64,000 bases of DNA from contig JBIPSI010000013.1 of assembly GCA_044070495.1 (NCBI GenBank), forward strand, positions 1 through 64,000, given 5' to 3'. Positions 30,056-40,265 of this stretch are shown piece by piece. Position 1 is the first letter of the stretch. Each line of letters starts with the position of its first letter. The stretch comes from Spirulina sp. (GTDB lineage: Bacteria; Cyanobacteriota; Cyanobacteriia; Phormidesmidales; Phormidesmidaceae). The notes beneath the pieces were generated by a model. That model was given only the letters and a program-made list of their open reading frames with translations. It ran no database searches and was not told the origin of the DNA. The position numbers and the translations under genes were made by a program.

Positions 30056-31264
30056 ATGCCAGTGAGTCCGGCCCACATCAAAGCCCTGCTCGACCAGAAG
30101 CGGGAGGCTTTCAGTTCTTTCAATAAGGCCAAGTTTGAATTGCTGACCGCCTATCACCAGGCTTGGGCAGAATTTGCGGCCCTGCCCCTCATCCAGCAGC
30201 GGGATCGTCTCGGCGGTTTCTCGCCAGCGGGGGCGTTGCCGTTGGAAGCGTCGAAACTGGCTCAAAAGGGCATCATTCCCTTCTTCTTTGCCGAATCTTC
30301 CCCAGCCACAGAGCGCTGGTCAAACCGAGAATCGAGCGCCCAGTGGGTACAGGCGGTGCTGTCGGACATCACCACCTTTGCGGTGGATGGCTCGCAGATT
30401 GCGCCGGGGAAGGATTTATCGATTCCCATTGCCCTGATTCAGATCGGCTGGTTTGAGAACCATCACAGCAAAACCCGCCCCTACCAAAAGGATGTGCGGG
30501 TAGACCTGCTGACGCCGAAGGATCTGGGGCCAAATCCGGCCCAACCCGTAGAGCGACGGGTGAATATTCGCCGATTTCAAATGGAAGCCGAACGGCTGGT
30601 GGAGTACATCGACGCCTGCCAGGAACCAGATCGCACCCTGGTCTTTTTTGATGGGGCCTTAGTCGTTACCTTCGCCGAAGCCTTTGACCCCGACAGCCAA
30701 AAAGCCTACGTGCAGGCCATGCTGGAATTGCTACGGGCCAGCGAACGGCGGCGGGTGCCCCTAGTGGGCTATGTGGATACCTCCTACGCCCACGATCTCA
30801 CCACCATGCTGCACCACGCCTGCGGCCTAGAAGCCACCGAGGGCATCCACGACGCCCAGCTTTTGGCGCGACTGATGGAATCTGGCAATTACGTCATGGA
30901 CTGGGGAGATCGCACCCCTCTGTTCCGCTGCGACCGAGGGGGCATTCTCGAACACTATGAGGAGCAGCGTAACCAAGTCGCCTTCACCTACCTCAAAACC
31001 ACACGGGACGGCTACCCCGTGCGCCTAGAAATGCCCCTGTGGATGTGGGAAAGCGGTCAGATTCCCCGCTACCTGAACTGGGTGCGCGGCGAAGTGATCA
31101 TCGGCGGCGGCTACCCCTACGGCATTGAAACCGCCGACCAAACCGCCGTTCTACAAGGCCCAGATAAGCACATCTTCTTCCGCGTCTTGCAAGACTGGGC
31201 CGACAAGGAGGAGATCAACCTGCGCCTCTCCCGCAAAATGGTCAGCAAACAGCGCCGCCGGTAA
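30056..31264 (+). CDS. NurA domain nuclease
   Basis: FAVDGSQI, FFDGALV, VGYVDTS and GYPYGIETADQTAV. Confidence 0.85.
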   Translation: MPVSPAHIKALLDQKREAFSSFNKAKFELLTAYHQAWAEFAALPLIQQRDRLGGFSPAGALPLEASKLAQKGIIPFFFAESSPATERWSNRESSAQWVQAVLSDITTFAVDGSQIAPGKDLSIPIALIQIGWFENHHSKTRPYQKDVRVDLLTPKDLGPNPAQPVERRVNIRRFQMEAERLVEYIDACQEPDRTLVFFDGALVVTFAEAFDPDSQKAYVQAMLELLRASERRRVPLVGYVDTSYAHDLTTMLHHACGLEATEGIHDAQLLARLMESGNYVMDWGDRTPLFRCDRGGILEHYEEQRNQVAFTYLKTTRDGYPVRLEMPLWMWESGQIPRYLNWVRGEVIIGGGYPYGIETADQTAVLQGPDKHIFFRVLQDWADKEEINLRLSRKMVSKQRRR

Positions 31265-31347
31265 TTCCTGAACATCCATAATCTGTTAACACTATCCCCT
31301 TGGGGGGGATGTTAGCCTGTAGGAAATCTCCCAGTAGAGCAAAGCGT

Positions 31348-32544
31348 ATGGTTGCAACCCCCGACATCATCCAAAGTGTAGATACCTCAGTGGCGGCCTC
31401 CGGCAAGAACCGGGTGGCGGTGTTGCTGATGGGCTACGGCGAAGTGGAAAGCTACGACGACTTCGCCAACTACAACGAGCAAGCCCTCAACTTGCTGACG
31501 GCCAAGTTTGCTCCGGTGCCCACCTGGGTGTATCCTCCCCTGGCCAAGCTGTTGGCGGCCTTTGATCTGCACGAGTGGAGCCACCAGCACGGCAATTTTA
31601 TTTCCCCCCACAATGCCATTTTTGAAGCCCAGCGGGCGGGCATCGAAGCCCATCTTAAAGACCGCTGGGGAGATCGGGTGAAGGTGTTCAAGGCCTTCAA
31701 CTTCTGTAAGCCCTTCCTGCCGGAACAGGTGCTCGAACAGGTCAAACAAGAGGGCTACGACAAGCTGCTGATCTATCCCCTCCTGGTGGTGGATTCTATT
31801 TTCACCAGCGGCATTGCCGTGGAGCAGGTGAACGCCGCCCTAACCCAGCTTTCAGACGGCACCGACCACTGGGTGAAGGGGATGCGCTATATCCCATCGT
31901 TCTTTGACGAAGCCGCCTACATCGATCTGCTGGCCAACATTGTCGAAGAAAAAATTCGCAAAGACCTAGCCGTCGCTCACTTGCCCTCCCAAACAGGCAT
32001 TGTGCTGATGAACCACGGTTGCCCCCACGAGGCTAAGGGCTTCACCTCCGGCATCGACGAAAGCCAAAAGCTCTACGACCGGGTGCGGGATAGGCTGATT
32101 CAAAAATACCCCCTGATTTCCGTAGGCTGGCTGAATCACGATACGCCCCTGATTAAATGGACGCAGCCCAACGCCGATCTGGCGGCTCGCAATTTGATCG
32201 ACCTGGGGGCCACCGCCCTAGTGTTTATGCCCATCGGCTTTGCCACCGAAAACCACGAAACCCTGCTGGATGTAGAGCACATCATCAGCGGGTTGCGTCG
32301 CCGTCGCCCGGATGTCACCTACGTACAAATGCCCTGCGTCAACGACCATCCCGAATTTTTGGCCATGGCCGCCACCTGGGCCGATAAACCCATCGCCGAC
32401 CTACTAGAGGCCGAAGCCCTGGCGGTGAACCCCAGCCTTGCCGCCGCGCAAGCCGCCGTTGTCCAAGGTCATCACCATGGGCACGATCATGGGCACCACC
32501 ACGATCACGGCCATCACCACGACCACGGGCACCATCACCACTAA
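31348..32544 (+). CDS. ferrochelatase-family chelatase paralog with a His-rich C-terminal tail
   Basis: VAVLLMGYG, YPLLVVDS, MNHGCP and PIGFATENHETLLD; tail of HHHGHDHG repeats; no CAB helix. Confidence 0.8.
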   Translation: MVATPDIIQSVDTSVAASGKNRVAVLLMGYGEVESYDDFANYNEQALNLLTAKFAPVPTWVYPPLAKLLAAFDLHEWSHQHGNFISPHNAIFEAQRAGIEAHLKDRWGDRVKVFKAFNFCKPFLPEQVLEQVKQEGYDKLLIYPLLVVDSIFTSGIAVEQVNAALTQLSDGTDHWVKGMRYIPSFFDEAAYIDLLANIVEEKIRKDLAVAHLPSQTGIVLMNHGCPHEAKGFTSGIDESQKLYDRVRDRLIQKYPLISVGWLNHDTPLIKWTQPNADLAARNLIDLGATALVFMPIGFATENHETLLDVEHIISGLRRRRPDVTYVQMPCVNDHPEFLAMAATWADKPIADLLEAEALAVNPSLAAAQAAVVQGHHHGHDHGHHHDHGHHHDHGHHHH

Positions 32545-33056
32545 GGTGATTATCGGGGTTTAGGCGATCCCAACGTCGCGGATCACCGATCCTGCGGGAA
32601 TTAAGCTACGCCCTAAGTCCCTCTCTCATATTGGGAGAGGGACTTTGAGGGTATAGTTGCTTCTCGTAAGAATGAGACAAGCTAGATGATGAGAACCTCA
32701 ATATTAGTAGGCTTTTCAGGGGTTTAAGCTTAGCTGGAATGACTATACTTCAGATCCTCTCTCCATCCTAGGCGATGCGCTTCTCCCTAGGGCTGTAGGC
32801 TTAGACTGGAGCAAGACTCACAAATCTTAACTACTCAATAGCCCCGGAGTTGGGTAACTGAGTGTGCCGAAATTTTGGCCATGGAGTAAGCTTAACGGCA
32901 AATGCGCTAGCTATCCTCTGATCCATGAAAGCACCTCAGGTGAATGGCCTTAGTGGGGCCTTGGCTGCCGGTAAGGCGGTGTCTGGGGGAATCAATCGGA
33001 GATGGTTGGCAATAGCCTTGGGATACTGGGATAGTTCAACGGTGAGGAGAAAACAC

Positions 33057-33596
33057 ATGAACAGCGTACAGCGTTGGATGGGGCGGGCAGCATGCGCCTC
33101 GCTGCTGGCCACGGCGGTGGTAGGGAGTGGGTTTGTTCTGCGCCCAGAGGCGGCCCAAGCCCAAGTGGCCTACGGTAGCTACGTGGGTCTAGGGGCTGGC
33201 TTCGGCCTCACCAGCGATGCCGCCACCAGTCGGGGGACTGGGGTACAGGGCGTGATCGCCGGACGCTATCGTTTTTTGACCATGCCCGTATCGGCCCGTG
33301 CCCAGGCCTTTGTGTTTGGCGATGGGTTCGCCGTAGTGCCCACTATTTCCTACGATTTCCCTCTCAGTTGGAACGCCGACGCCTACATTGGGGCTGGGGT
33401 TTCTATTCCCAGCGGCGGCGACGACCCCAGCCTTGTGGGCAACAAAACCGCCTTTGTGTTGCAGCCAGGGATTGACTACATGTTCCCCAATAGCAACCTA
33501 GTGGCCTTTGGCAACGCCATTTTCGCCTTCGATGCCTACCGCGATGGCGGCAATACGGCTATTTCCGTCCAGGGCGGCGTGGGGATTCAGTTTTAG
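33057..33596 (+). CDS. small outer-membrane beta-barrel-like protein
   Basis: signal peptide, alternating beta strands and C-terminal GGVGIQF. Confidence 0.7.
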   Translation: MNSVQRWMGRAACASLLATAVVGSGFVLRPEAAQAQVAYGSYVGLGAGFGLTSDAATSRGTGVQGVIAGRYRFLTMPVSARAQAFVFGDGFAVVPTISYDFPLSWNADAYIGAGVSIPSGGDDPSLVGNKTAFVLQPGIDYMFPNSNLVAFGNAIFAFDAYRDGGNTAISVQGGVGIQF

Positions 33597-33709
33597 GTCG
33601 GTCTAGGCGGGGGCCGTTTCCACTTCCCCACCGGAGACACCCCCCCGCCGGAGAAACCCATTAGACTAATTGCTATGGTATTGCCCCAGGCGAGGGCGAG
33701 GGTTAAACT

Positions 33710-34573
33710 GTGCCGTCAGTTATTGGGATTCTCTCGTTTATTATCATCGGCTACTTAATTAGCTCGGTGCGAATCATCAACCAGGGCGAAGAGGCACTGG
33801 TGGAACGCCTTGGCCGCTACCACCGCAAGCTGAAGCCCGGTTTGAATTTCATTGTGCCAACCCTAGACTACATTCGACTGAAGGACAGTGTGCGAGAACG
33901 CATCCTCGACGTGGCCAAACAGGGGGCGATCACCAAGGACAACGTATCCCTAGAGGTGGATGCGGTGGTCTATTGGCGCATCCTGGAGCTAGAACTCACC
34001 TACTACGCCATCGAAGATGTAGAAAAGGCGATTCAGGAATTGGTGATCACCACCCTGCGCTCGGAAATCGGGAAAATGGAGTTTGAAAACACCTTTTCCT
34101 CCCGCGACGAACTGAACCGGGCGCTGCTGTCTCAACTGGACGAAGCCACCGAACCCTGGGGCGTAAAGGTGACGCGGGTGGAGGTGCAGGAAATTGTGCC
34201 CCCCGAAGAAGTACGCCGCTCCATGCAGAAGCAGCAAGCCGCCGAACTAGAACGACGGGCCACCGTGCTCAAAGCCCAGGGGGATCAAGAGGCCGCCATC
34301 AAACGGGCCGAGGCCACCGTGCGATCCATCCAAATGCTCTCCGATGCCCTACAACAGCGAGAAAACGGCCCCAGTATCCTGCAATTCCTAATCGCCCAAG
34401 ATTACGTCGAAGCCAACCAAAAGCTCGGAGCCAGCGAGAATTCCAAAGTCGTCTTCATGGATCCCAAAAACCTCACCGAAGGCCTCGCCCGCCTAATCGA
34501 ACCCGATGTCCCCAACAAACCCAAGGCCGACGACGACGATTTCCCCAGCCGCCGCCATCGCGCTGGCTCCTAA
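33710..34573 (+). CDS. SPFH/band 7 (stomatin-like) protein, second paralog
   Basis: ITKDNVSLEVDAVVYW and [14 protein letters not shown]. Confidence 0.9.
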   Translation: MPSVIGILSFIIIGYLISSVRIINQGEEALVERLGRYHRKLKPGLNFIVPTLDYIRLKDSVRERILDVAKQGAITKDNVSLEVDAVVYWRILELELTYYAIEDVEKAIQELVITTLRSEIGKMEFENTFSSRDELNRALLSQLDEATEPWGVKVTRVEVQEIVPPEEVRRSMQKQQAAELERRATVLKAQGDQEAAIKRAEATVRSIQMLSDALQQRENGPSILQFLIAQDYVEANQKLGASENSKVVFMDPKNLTEGLARLIEPDVPNKPKADDDDFPSRRHRAGS

Positions 34574-34664
34574 AAGATTGGGTCTAGGAGCCGCTTAGCT
34601 TGCTCAGAAATCCTAGAGATTGCCCACGGATCGGCCTCATCGTGCCCACGATTGAGCGTTTTGC

Positions 34665-35165
34665 TTAAGGAATCTCAGCCGCTAAGGCCCTGAGCCAGTC
34701 TACAAAAGCCCTGACATCCTTTTGCACATTAGACCAAACCTCAGGATAGCTTTCGACTAAGACGGCGACTCGATTGGGGTCAAGTTCAAATCCGTACAAG
34801 TTCCTGACAATGTGCCGAAACCCCAAGAATTCCCGCAAACTCGCAGCAGTTTCTCGCGTTAGGATGGCGGGTCTGCCGTCCCGCTCTTGGCTCATGCGAT
34901 CCAAAAGTCGTTTATGCCCATCGGATCCCGAAGGTAGCCCCCCATTTAGCTCGACAGCCACCAGTTGTAAAATCTTCTCGCAGCCTGTGTAGAAATTATG
35001 GAGCTTAAGGGCCAGATTTTCGTAAAACAAGTCTTGCCTGGATGAATCCCCCGCAATTTCACCCTGTACCCGGTAGATTTCTTGCTCTAACTGGCTTAAA
35101 CGGGTTAAATCCATTTCAATGTCGGCGGCAAGTTCGCCCACCGCATCGGCACTAATCACTTTCAT
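34665..35165 (-). CDS. HEPN/HepT-like ribonuclease toxin
   Basis: LHNFYTGCEKI and FLGFRHIVRNLYGFEL; overlaps the MNT gene. Confidence 0.85.
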   Translation of the reverse strand: MKVISADAVGELAADIEMDLTRLSQLEQEIYRVQGEIAGDSSRQDLFYENLALKLHNFYTGCEKILQLVAVELNGGLPSGSDGHKRLLDRMSQERDGRPAILTRETAASLREFLGFRHIVRNLYGFELDPNRVAVLVESYPEVWSNVQKDVRAFVDWLRALAAEIP

Positions 35166-35565
35166 CTACCTCTACTCCTGTTGCCAAAACGCGATCTCGA
35201 AAATGGGGGGTGAGCGCGTCTAGGGGCTTGAGATCAACCCAACGTTGGCTAAAGTCATTAGCCCTGGCAACCGCCTCAAAATATCGTTCAGGGGGGATGT
35301 GCTCTGCGGCTAAGTCAATGTCAGAATCGGGCGTAAAACGACCTCGGACGAGCGATCCAAACACTAAAATGCGCTGTGCACCAAACTCCTGACGCAAACA
35401 TTGGGCCATCTGCCGCACCTCCCGCCACGCCTGATCCATCGCTTGGGTTTGTTGCTCGGCTTGGTTTGCCGTGCGTTGCCGCCAGTAGTCGATATATTTA
35501 GGATCAACCTTCACTGACCGGGACGAATTGGGCGGGGATACATCTGGCTGAGGTAAATCCATCAT
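35152..35565 (-). CDS. minimal nucleotidyltransferase (MNT) antitoxin
   Basis: LVFGSLVRGRFTPDSDIDLA (GS...DxD motif). Confidence 0.88.
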   Translation of the reverse strand: MMDLPQPDVSPPNSSRSVKVDPKYIDYWRQRTANQAEQQTQAMDQAWREVRQMAQCLRQEFGAQRILVFGSLVRGRFTPDSDIDLAAEHIPPERYFEAVARANDFSQRWVDLKPLDALTPHFRDRVLATGVEVDESD

Positions 35566-35587
35566 CCGCACCTCCCTTACAAGCTTT

Positions 35588-35617
35588 GTTCTAAGGTTAC
35601 AAGTTCTAAGGTTACAA
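35588..35617. repeat. perfect 15-bp direct repeat upstream of the MNT gene
   Basis: GTTCTAAGGTTACAA x2. Confidence 0.8.
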
Positions 35618-35642
35618 ACTGGTGTGCCATGGTCGTGGATAT

Positions 35643-36224
35643 TCAGGGTTCCTGACGGTTCGCGGGCCGCAAAAAATCCCCCACAGCCAGGGCGCAATCG
35701 GGAAACGCCAGGGGAATGATCGTGTCTTGGTCGTAGAGCTTCTGCTCTATACCGTAGCCCTCGGCCCCTGGTTGCCGAAACAGGTAAAGACAGCGATCCT
35801 GCACATCCAAAATCCAGTATTCGGCAATACCCGAACGTCCGTATAACGGCACCTTGAGGTCACGGTCTCGTCGCAGAGTGCTATCGGCCACCTCAATCAG
35901 CCAAAAGATTTCTGCGGGGGTAGGGTGGTGATCTTCGTAGTCCAGCGGGTCGATGCGTACCACGGCTACATCGGGTTCGGGTTCAGAAAAATCGCTGAGC
36001 TGCACCAGATCTTGAAATCGCAGCAAGGCCCGACCCCTCAGCCGTTGCGACAGGACTCGATCCAACCGCGTTACGGCGGCACTGTGGGCCGTTCCCTTAG
36101 CTAACCTGGTATAAAGTTGTCCTTCGATCAGTTCTACCCGCTCATCCGCCGCCAAAATTCCCGCCTCTGCCATGCGGTGATAGTCCTGTACATTCAGCGC
36201 TCGTAGATCGGTGGCCGCTGTCAT
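35643..36224 (-). CDS. Uma2 family endonuclease
   Basis: DYHRMAEAGIL, ERVELIEG, EPEPDVAVV and GIAEYWILD. Confidence 0.9.
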   Translation of the reverse strand: MTAATDLRALNVQDYHRMAEAGILAADERVELIEGQLYTRLAKGTAHSAAVTRLDRVLSQRLRGRALLRFQDLVQLSDFSEPEPDVAVVRIDPLDYEDHHPTPAEIFWLIEVADSTLRRDRDLKVPLYGRSGIAEYWILDVQDRCLYLFRQPGAEGYGIEQKLYDQDTIIPLAFPDCALAVGDFLRPANRQEP

Positions 36225-36341
36225 GGAGATAAGGGGGTATAGGGCTGCTTCCTAATTATGAACGATGCTGATGCAGGGGAATCGCCCAGGACACTCCAAC
36301 CTCTCGCTATCATAGAAGACCATCTCTTTCTTCTTCCTGTC

Positions 36342-37490
36342 ATGGCCGCTTCTTCCCTACCAACCGCCACTTCCCTAACCCCAACCGTCAGCGGGGAGAA
36401 TCCTGAGGCTGTCCAGCAGGCGGAATCAGCGGTTACAGAGAATGCGGAGCGTTCAACCATGTCAGGAACTCAGGTCAGCCAACCCCTTCTTGGCCAATCC
36501 CTGGAAGCGCTGACGGCTTGGATGGTGGCCCAAGGGCAACCCGCCTATCGGGGTAAGCAGTTGCACCAGTGGCTCTATCAGCAGGGGGCGCGGTCGCTGC
36601 AAGATATCACCGTTTTTCCCAAGGCGTGGCGGCAGCAGGTGGAAGGGGTTTCGGTGGGTCGCTCGGAAATCTACCACCGCACCGAGGCCAGGGATGGCAC
36701 CGTCAAGTATCTGCTGAAGCTGGCCGATGGGCAGATTATCGAAGCGGTAGGGATGCCCTCGGCCAAGCGGCTGACGGTGTGTGTGTCGTCTCAGGTGGGG
36801 TGCCCCATGGCCTGCGACTTTTGCGCCACGGGCAAGGGCGGCTTTTTGCGCAACCTGGCCACCCACGAAATCGTCGATCAGGTGCTAACCGTACAGGAAG
36901 ACTTTGGCCAGCGGGTCAGCAACATCGTCTTTATGGGCATGGGCGAACCGCTGCTGAACACTGACAACGTGGTTGCCGCCATCCGCTGCCTGAATCAGGA
37001 TGTGGGCATCAGCCAGCGATCCATGACCCTCTCCACCGTGGGCATTCCAGGCCGCATTCGCAAACTGGCGGACGAGCAACTTCAGGTCACCCTGGCGGTC
37101 AGCCTCCACGCCTCCAACCAAGCCCAGCGCAAAGACCTCATCCCCAGCGCCAAGGCCTATCCCCTGACGGAACTGCTGGAGGAATGCCGCGACTATGTCA
37201 AACTGACTGGGCGGCGCGTCACCTTTGAGTACATTCTGCTGGCGGGCTTAAATGATCAGCCCAAAAACGCCGTGGAACTGGCCCAACATCTGCGCGGCTT
37301 CCAAAGCCACGTCAACCTCATCCCCTACAACCCCATCAACGAGGTGGACTACCAGCGCCCCACCGAAGCCAGCATCCGCGAGTTTGTGGCCCAGCTCGAA
37401 TCTCGCCACATTGCCGTCAGTGTCCGCTATTCCAGAGGGCTAGAGGAAAACGCCGCCTGCGGCCAACTTCGCGCCTCTAAGGTGGCCTAG
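36342..37490 (+). CDS. rlmN: 23S rRNA m2A2503 methyltransferase RlmN
   Basis: [23 protein letters not shown] and AACGQL; start may be 36459. Confidence 0.95.
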   Translation: MAASSLPTATSLTPTVSGENPEAVQQAESAVTENAERSTMSGTQVSQPLLGQSLEALTAWMVAQGQPAYRGKQLHQWLYQQGARSLQDITVFPKAWRQQVEGVSVGRSEIYHRTEARDGTVKYLLKLADGQIIEAVGMPSAKRLTVCVSSQVGCPMACDFCATGKGGFLRNLATHEIVDQVLTVQEDFGQRVSNIVFMGMGEPLLNTDNVVAAIRCLNQDVGISQRSMTLSTVGIPGRIRKLADEQLQVTLAVSLHASNQAQRKDLIPSAKAYPLTELLEECRDYVKLTGRRVTFEYILLAGLNDQPKNAVELAQHLRGFQSHVNLIPYNPINEVDYQRPTEASIREFVAQLESRHIAVSVRYSRGLEENAACGQLRASKVA

Positions 37491-37781
37491 GGAATGAGTT
37501 TCTTGTGGAAGTTGATCTACACAGAAGGGCGGTCAGAGTAAGTTTTTACCCTGCTGGACGGACAAAACTTGCTAGAACTCAACTCCATCGAAGGGTCAGG
37601 AAACCTGACCCCCACCTTATTCCAACGCTGTAGGGGCGCGGTTTCCGCGCCCAATGCAGAATCTTTTGTCAGTCAACCAGGTTGTTACCATTGGGTGGGC
37701 CACAACTCGACCATAGTCTAAGGGCAATTCCGCACAATTCCCAGACAATAGAATGGCCCTCTCCATCCCCGGAGGTTTACT

Positions 37782-40235
37782 ATGGCGCGCCATCGTTCAT
37801 CCATTCGCAAAAAAGACGATTTCGCTGCATCCCCTAAACCCTCTTCCGACCCATTCCAACCTCGTCCCTTTGCGGATCCAGCGGTGGATGAGATTACCCA
37901 CTCCCCAGCCAATAGCGCCCCTCCAATTCTCGATAAACTCGTAACACCGCCGCCTCGGTCTGTCCCCATCCAGCCCAAACTCACCATCGGCGCACCGGGC
38001 GATAGGTATGAACAAGAGGCGGATCGCTTGGCTAGCCAAGTGGTGCAGCAAATTCATGGGCCACAAACCAACCATTCCGTTCAGCGAGAAGCGATTGAAG
38101 ACGAAGAACTGCAAATGAAACCCAATTTCCTGCAAAGGGAATCCATCGAAGACGACGAGGAACTGCAAATGCGCCCCGCCACGGAAGCTGTTGAGGGTGG
38201 ACCAGCCTCCAAAGATTTAGAATCCGCCATTCACCAAGCCAGGGGCAGCGGCCAAGCCCTAGACCCCAACCTACAACGGCAAATGGGCCAAGCCCTAGGA
38301 GCCGATTTCAGCGGCATTACCATTCACACCGATAGTCAATCCGACCAGCTCAATCGCTCCATTCAAGCCAAGGCGTTTACTACTGGGCAGGATATTTTCT
38401 TCCGCCAAGGAGCCTATCAGCCGAGTAGCCAGAATGGGCAAGAACTCATTGCCCATGAGTTAACCCATGTGGTGCAGCAGGGCAAAGAAACGACGTTGCG
38501 CCGCTCACCCAACGCTGTCCAGCGAGATATGGATGAGGACTTACGTAAAGCTATCCTGTCGCGACGAGGATTAGCGACCGGACAAGACAGTGAAACAACT
38601 CGCCGAGAACAAGCCCAAGAACGTCATACTGCCATGACGACTAGCAACGAACGGCAGCAGCAATCTGGAGAATTGCACAGTTTTTTGAAGAGTAACCTGC
38701 GGAAACGTCGGGGTATGGTTACGGGCCAAAGTAGTGAAGAGGTCAGTCAAGAATTTGGCCTAGAAGACTTTACTACCTCTGCCGGGAAACGAGCCACTGA
38801 GGAGGCCCAAGGGGTGAGTGGTGATCCGATGATGGATCGGATAGCCCTACAGGAAAAAATTGCAACTCGCGGTGCATTAGGTAGTCAAGGTTTGGCTACT
38901 TTAATGAATCAGAATCGGCAGCGAGAAGTGGATAAAGCTTCATCTTTTAAGGACTTGTCAGACACCCATAACGAACAACTCGATAGCCATCGTCAAGGAC
39001 GGCAAGCTATTGATAAAGCTGTTTGGGACTATGGTGAACCAGCTCGACTCAAAGCGGTTATTGAGCATGAATCGAAAGCCCAACAGGCTAATTTTTCAGC
39101 CATGCTTAAGGATGCCTTATCCCTAGCTAATAACGCAAAACTAGCTGCCAGTTGGGATACAACAGAATTAGAGAAACTTAGCCAAACGGCCCAAGACTCG
39201 TTTAATGCCATTGCTGCACCGCTGGCTGATACCATCGATGCCATCGCTCCCCGTGTTCAAATAGCGCAGACTGCCATTGTAGCCGTCAACCTCAGGGCTA
39301 ATCAGGATCTTGATTGGATGAACCAACTCCAGCCTCGTACTGAGGCCGATATTATATCCGGTGTTGAAAGATTTAAGCAGGGTGATACTACAATCATCAA
39401 TACTAATATGTCGCAGGCTTGGGCATCCATTCTCTCGAACGGTGGGCAATCAACTCGCGACACCACTCTTCTTGATGAAAAATTTAAGGAGCTAGCCAAA
39501 GAAATTGATCGAAAGACACCAATAGATGAGAATAGTATCAAACAAAGCTTGACTGGAAATCCTAGTCAAAAAAATACTGCTCTCGATTTACTAAAACAGA
39601 AAATCACTAGCAACAAAAAAAGTACCATCAGCAAAATTATCGCTTCTGAATCTAATGCTAAAACTCTAACTGGATATGCTAATCAACTGGATGAATTGGA
39701 CGGCTTTAATGTTGTTTTGGAGAATACGACTGATCGAGGTAAGTTGGCTCAAATTCTTCAAAAGTCTAAGCGTAATTTGCCTGCCCTGCTTCGCATATAT
39801 AAAGCCTATAATAATGATGCCAACAAGGTTCATTTTCTACTCTGTGGTAATGGTGGCCAGGAGATTATTAATTTAGAGGACTGGCTGAAGAAGAATGGTA
39901 AGGTGTGGACAGGAGACACGACAAATCCCCCAGCCTTTCAGCCTACGGGTACAACGAGAGATCAGATTGAAAATGTGGCTGTTCCTAAGACTGGTTCTTC
40001 CTCTCCTGCGGCGGGGGGCTATGCAGGTAATCGTGCCTATGGAACAAATACCCAACCTCCCGATATGCTGCTCCCTCAACAGACAACGACTAAACAGGCG
40101 ATTACCTACACAGAATATGACATTAAGCCCTACCACCCAGGACAAAACCGTGGCGGAGAACGCTTTGTGAAAGGGAGTGATGGTCGCTATTACTACACTA
40201 GCGATCACTACAAGACGTTTAAGCAATTTACTTAG
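37782..40235 (+). CDS. DUF4157 (eCIS-associated) protein with a C-terminal barnase/RNase Sa-type ribonuclease domain
   Basis: QPKLTIGAPGDRYEQEAD, EELQM repeats, ADFSGITIHTD...AFTTGQDIFF...AHELTHVVQQ; C-terminal YTEYDI...NRGGERFV...YYTSDHYKTF. Confidence 0.88.
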   Translation: MARHRSSIRKKDDFAASPKPSSDPFQPRPFADPAVDEITHSPANSAPPILDKLVTPPPRSVPIQPKLTIGAPGDRYEQEADRLASQVVQQIHGPQTNHSVQREAIEDEELQMKPNFLQRESIEDDEELQMRPATEAVEGGPASKDLESAIHQARGSGQALDPNLQRQMGQALGADFSGITIHTDSQSDQLNRSIQAKAFTTGQDIFFRQGAYQPSSQNGQELIAHELTHVVQQGKETTLRRSPNAVQRDMDEDLRKAILSRRGLATGQDSETTRREQAQERHTAMTTSNERQQQSGELHSFLKSNLRKRRGMVTGQSSEEVSQEFGLEDFTTSAGKRATEEAQGVSGDPMMDRIALQEKIATRGALGSQGLATLMNQNRQREVDKASSFKDLSDTHNEQLDSHRQGRQAIDKAVWDYGEPARLKAVIEHESKAQQANFSAMLKDALSLANNAKLAASWDTTELEKLSQTAQDSFNAIAAPLADTIDAIAPRVQIAQTAIVAVNLRANQDLDWMNQLQPRTEADIISGVERFKQGDTTIINTNMSQAWASILSNGGQSTRDTTLLDEKFKELAKEIDRKTPIDENSIKQSLTGNPSQKNTALDLLKQKITSNKKSTISKIIASESNAKTLTGYANQLDELDGFNVVLENTTDRGKLAQILQKSKRNLPALLRIYKAYNNDANKVHFLLCGNGGQEIINLEDWLKKNGKVWTGDTTNPPAFQPTGTTRDQIENVAVPKTGSSSPAAGGYAGNRAYGTNTQPPDMLLPQQTTTKQAITYTEYDIKPYHPGQNRGGERFVKGSDGRYYYTSDHYKTFKQFT

Positions 40236-40265
40236 TACCAACCTTCGTTCAATGGTTCATAGACT

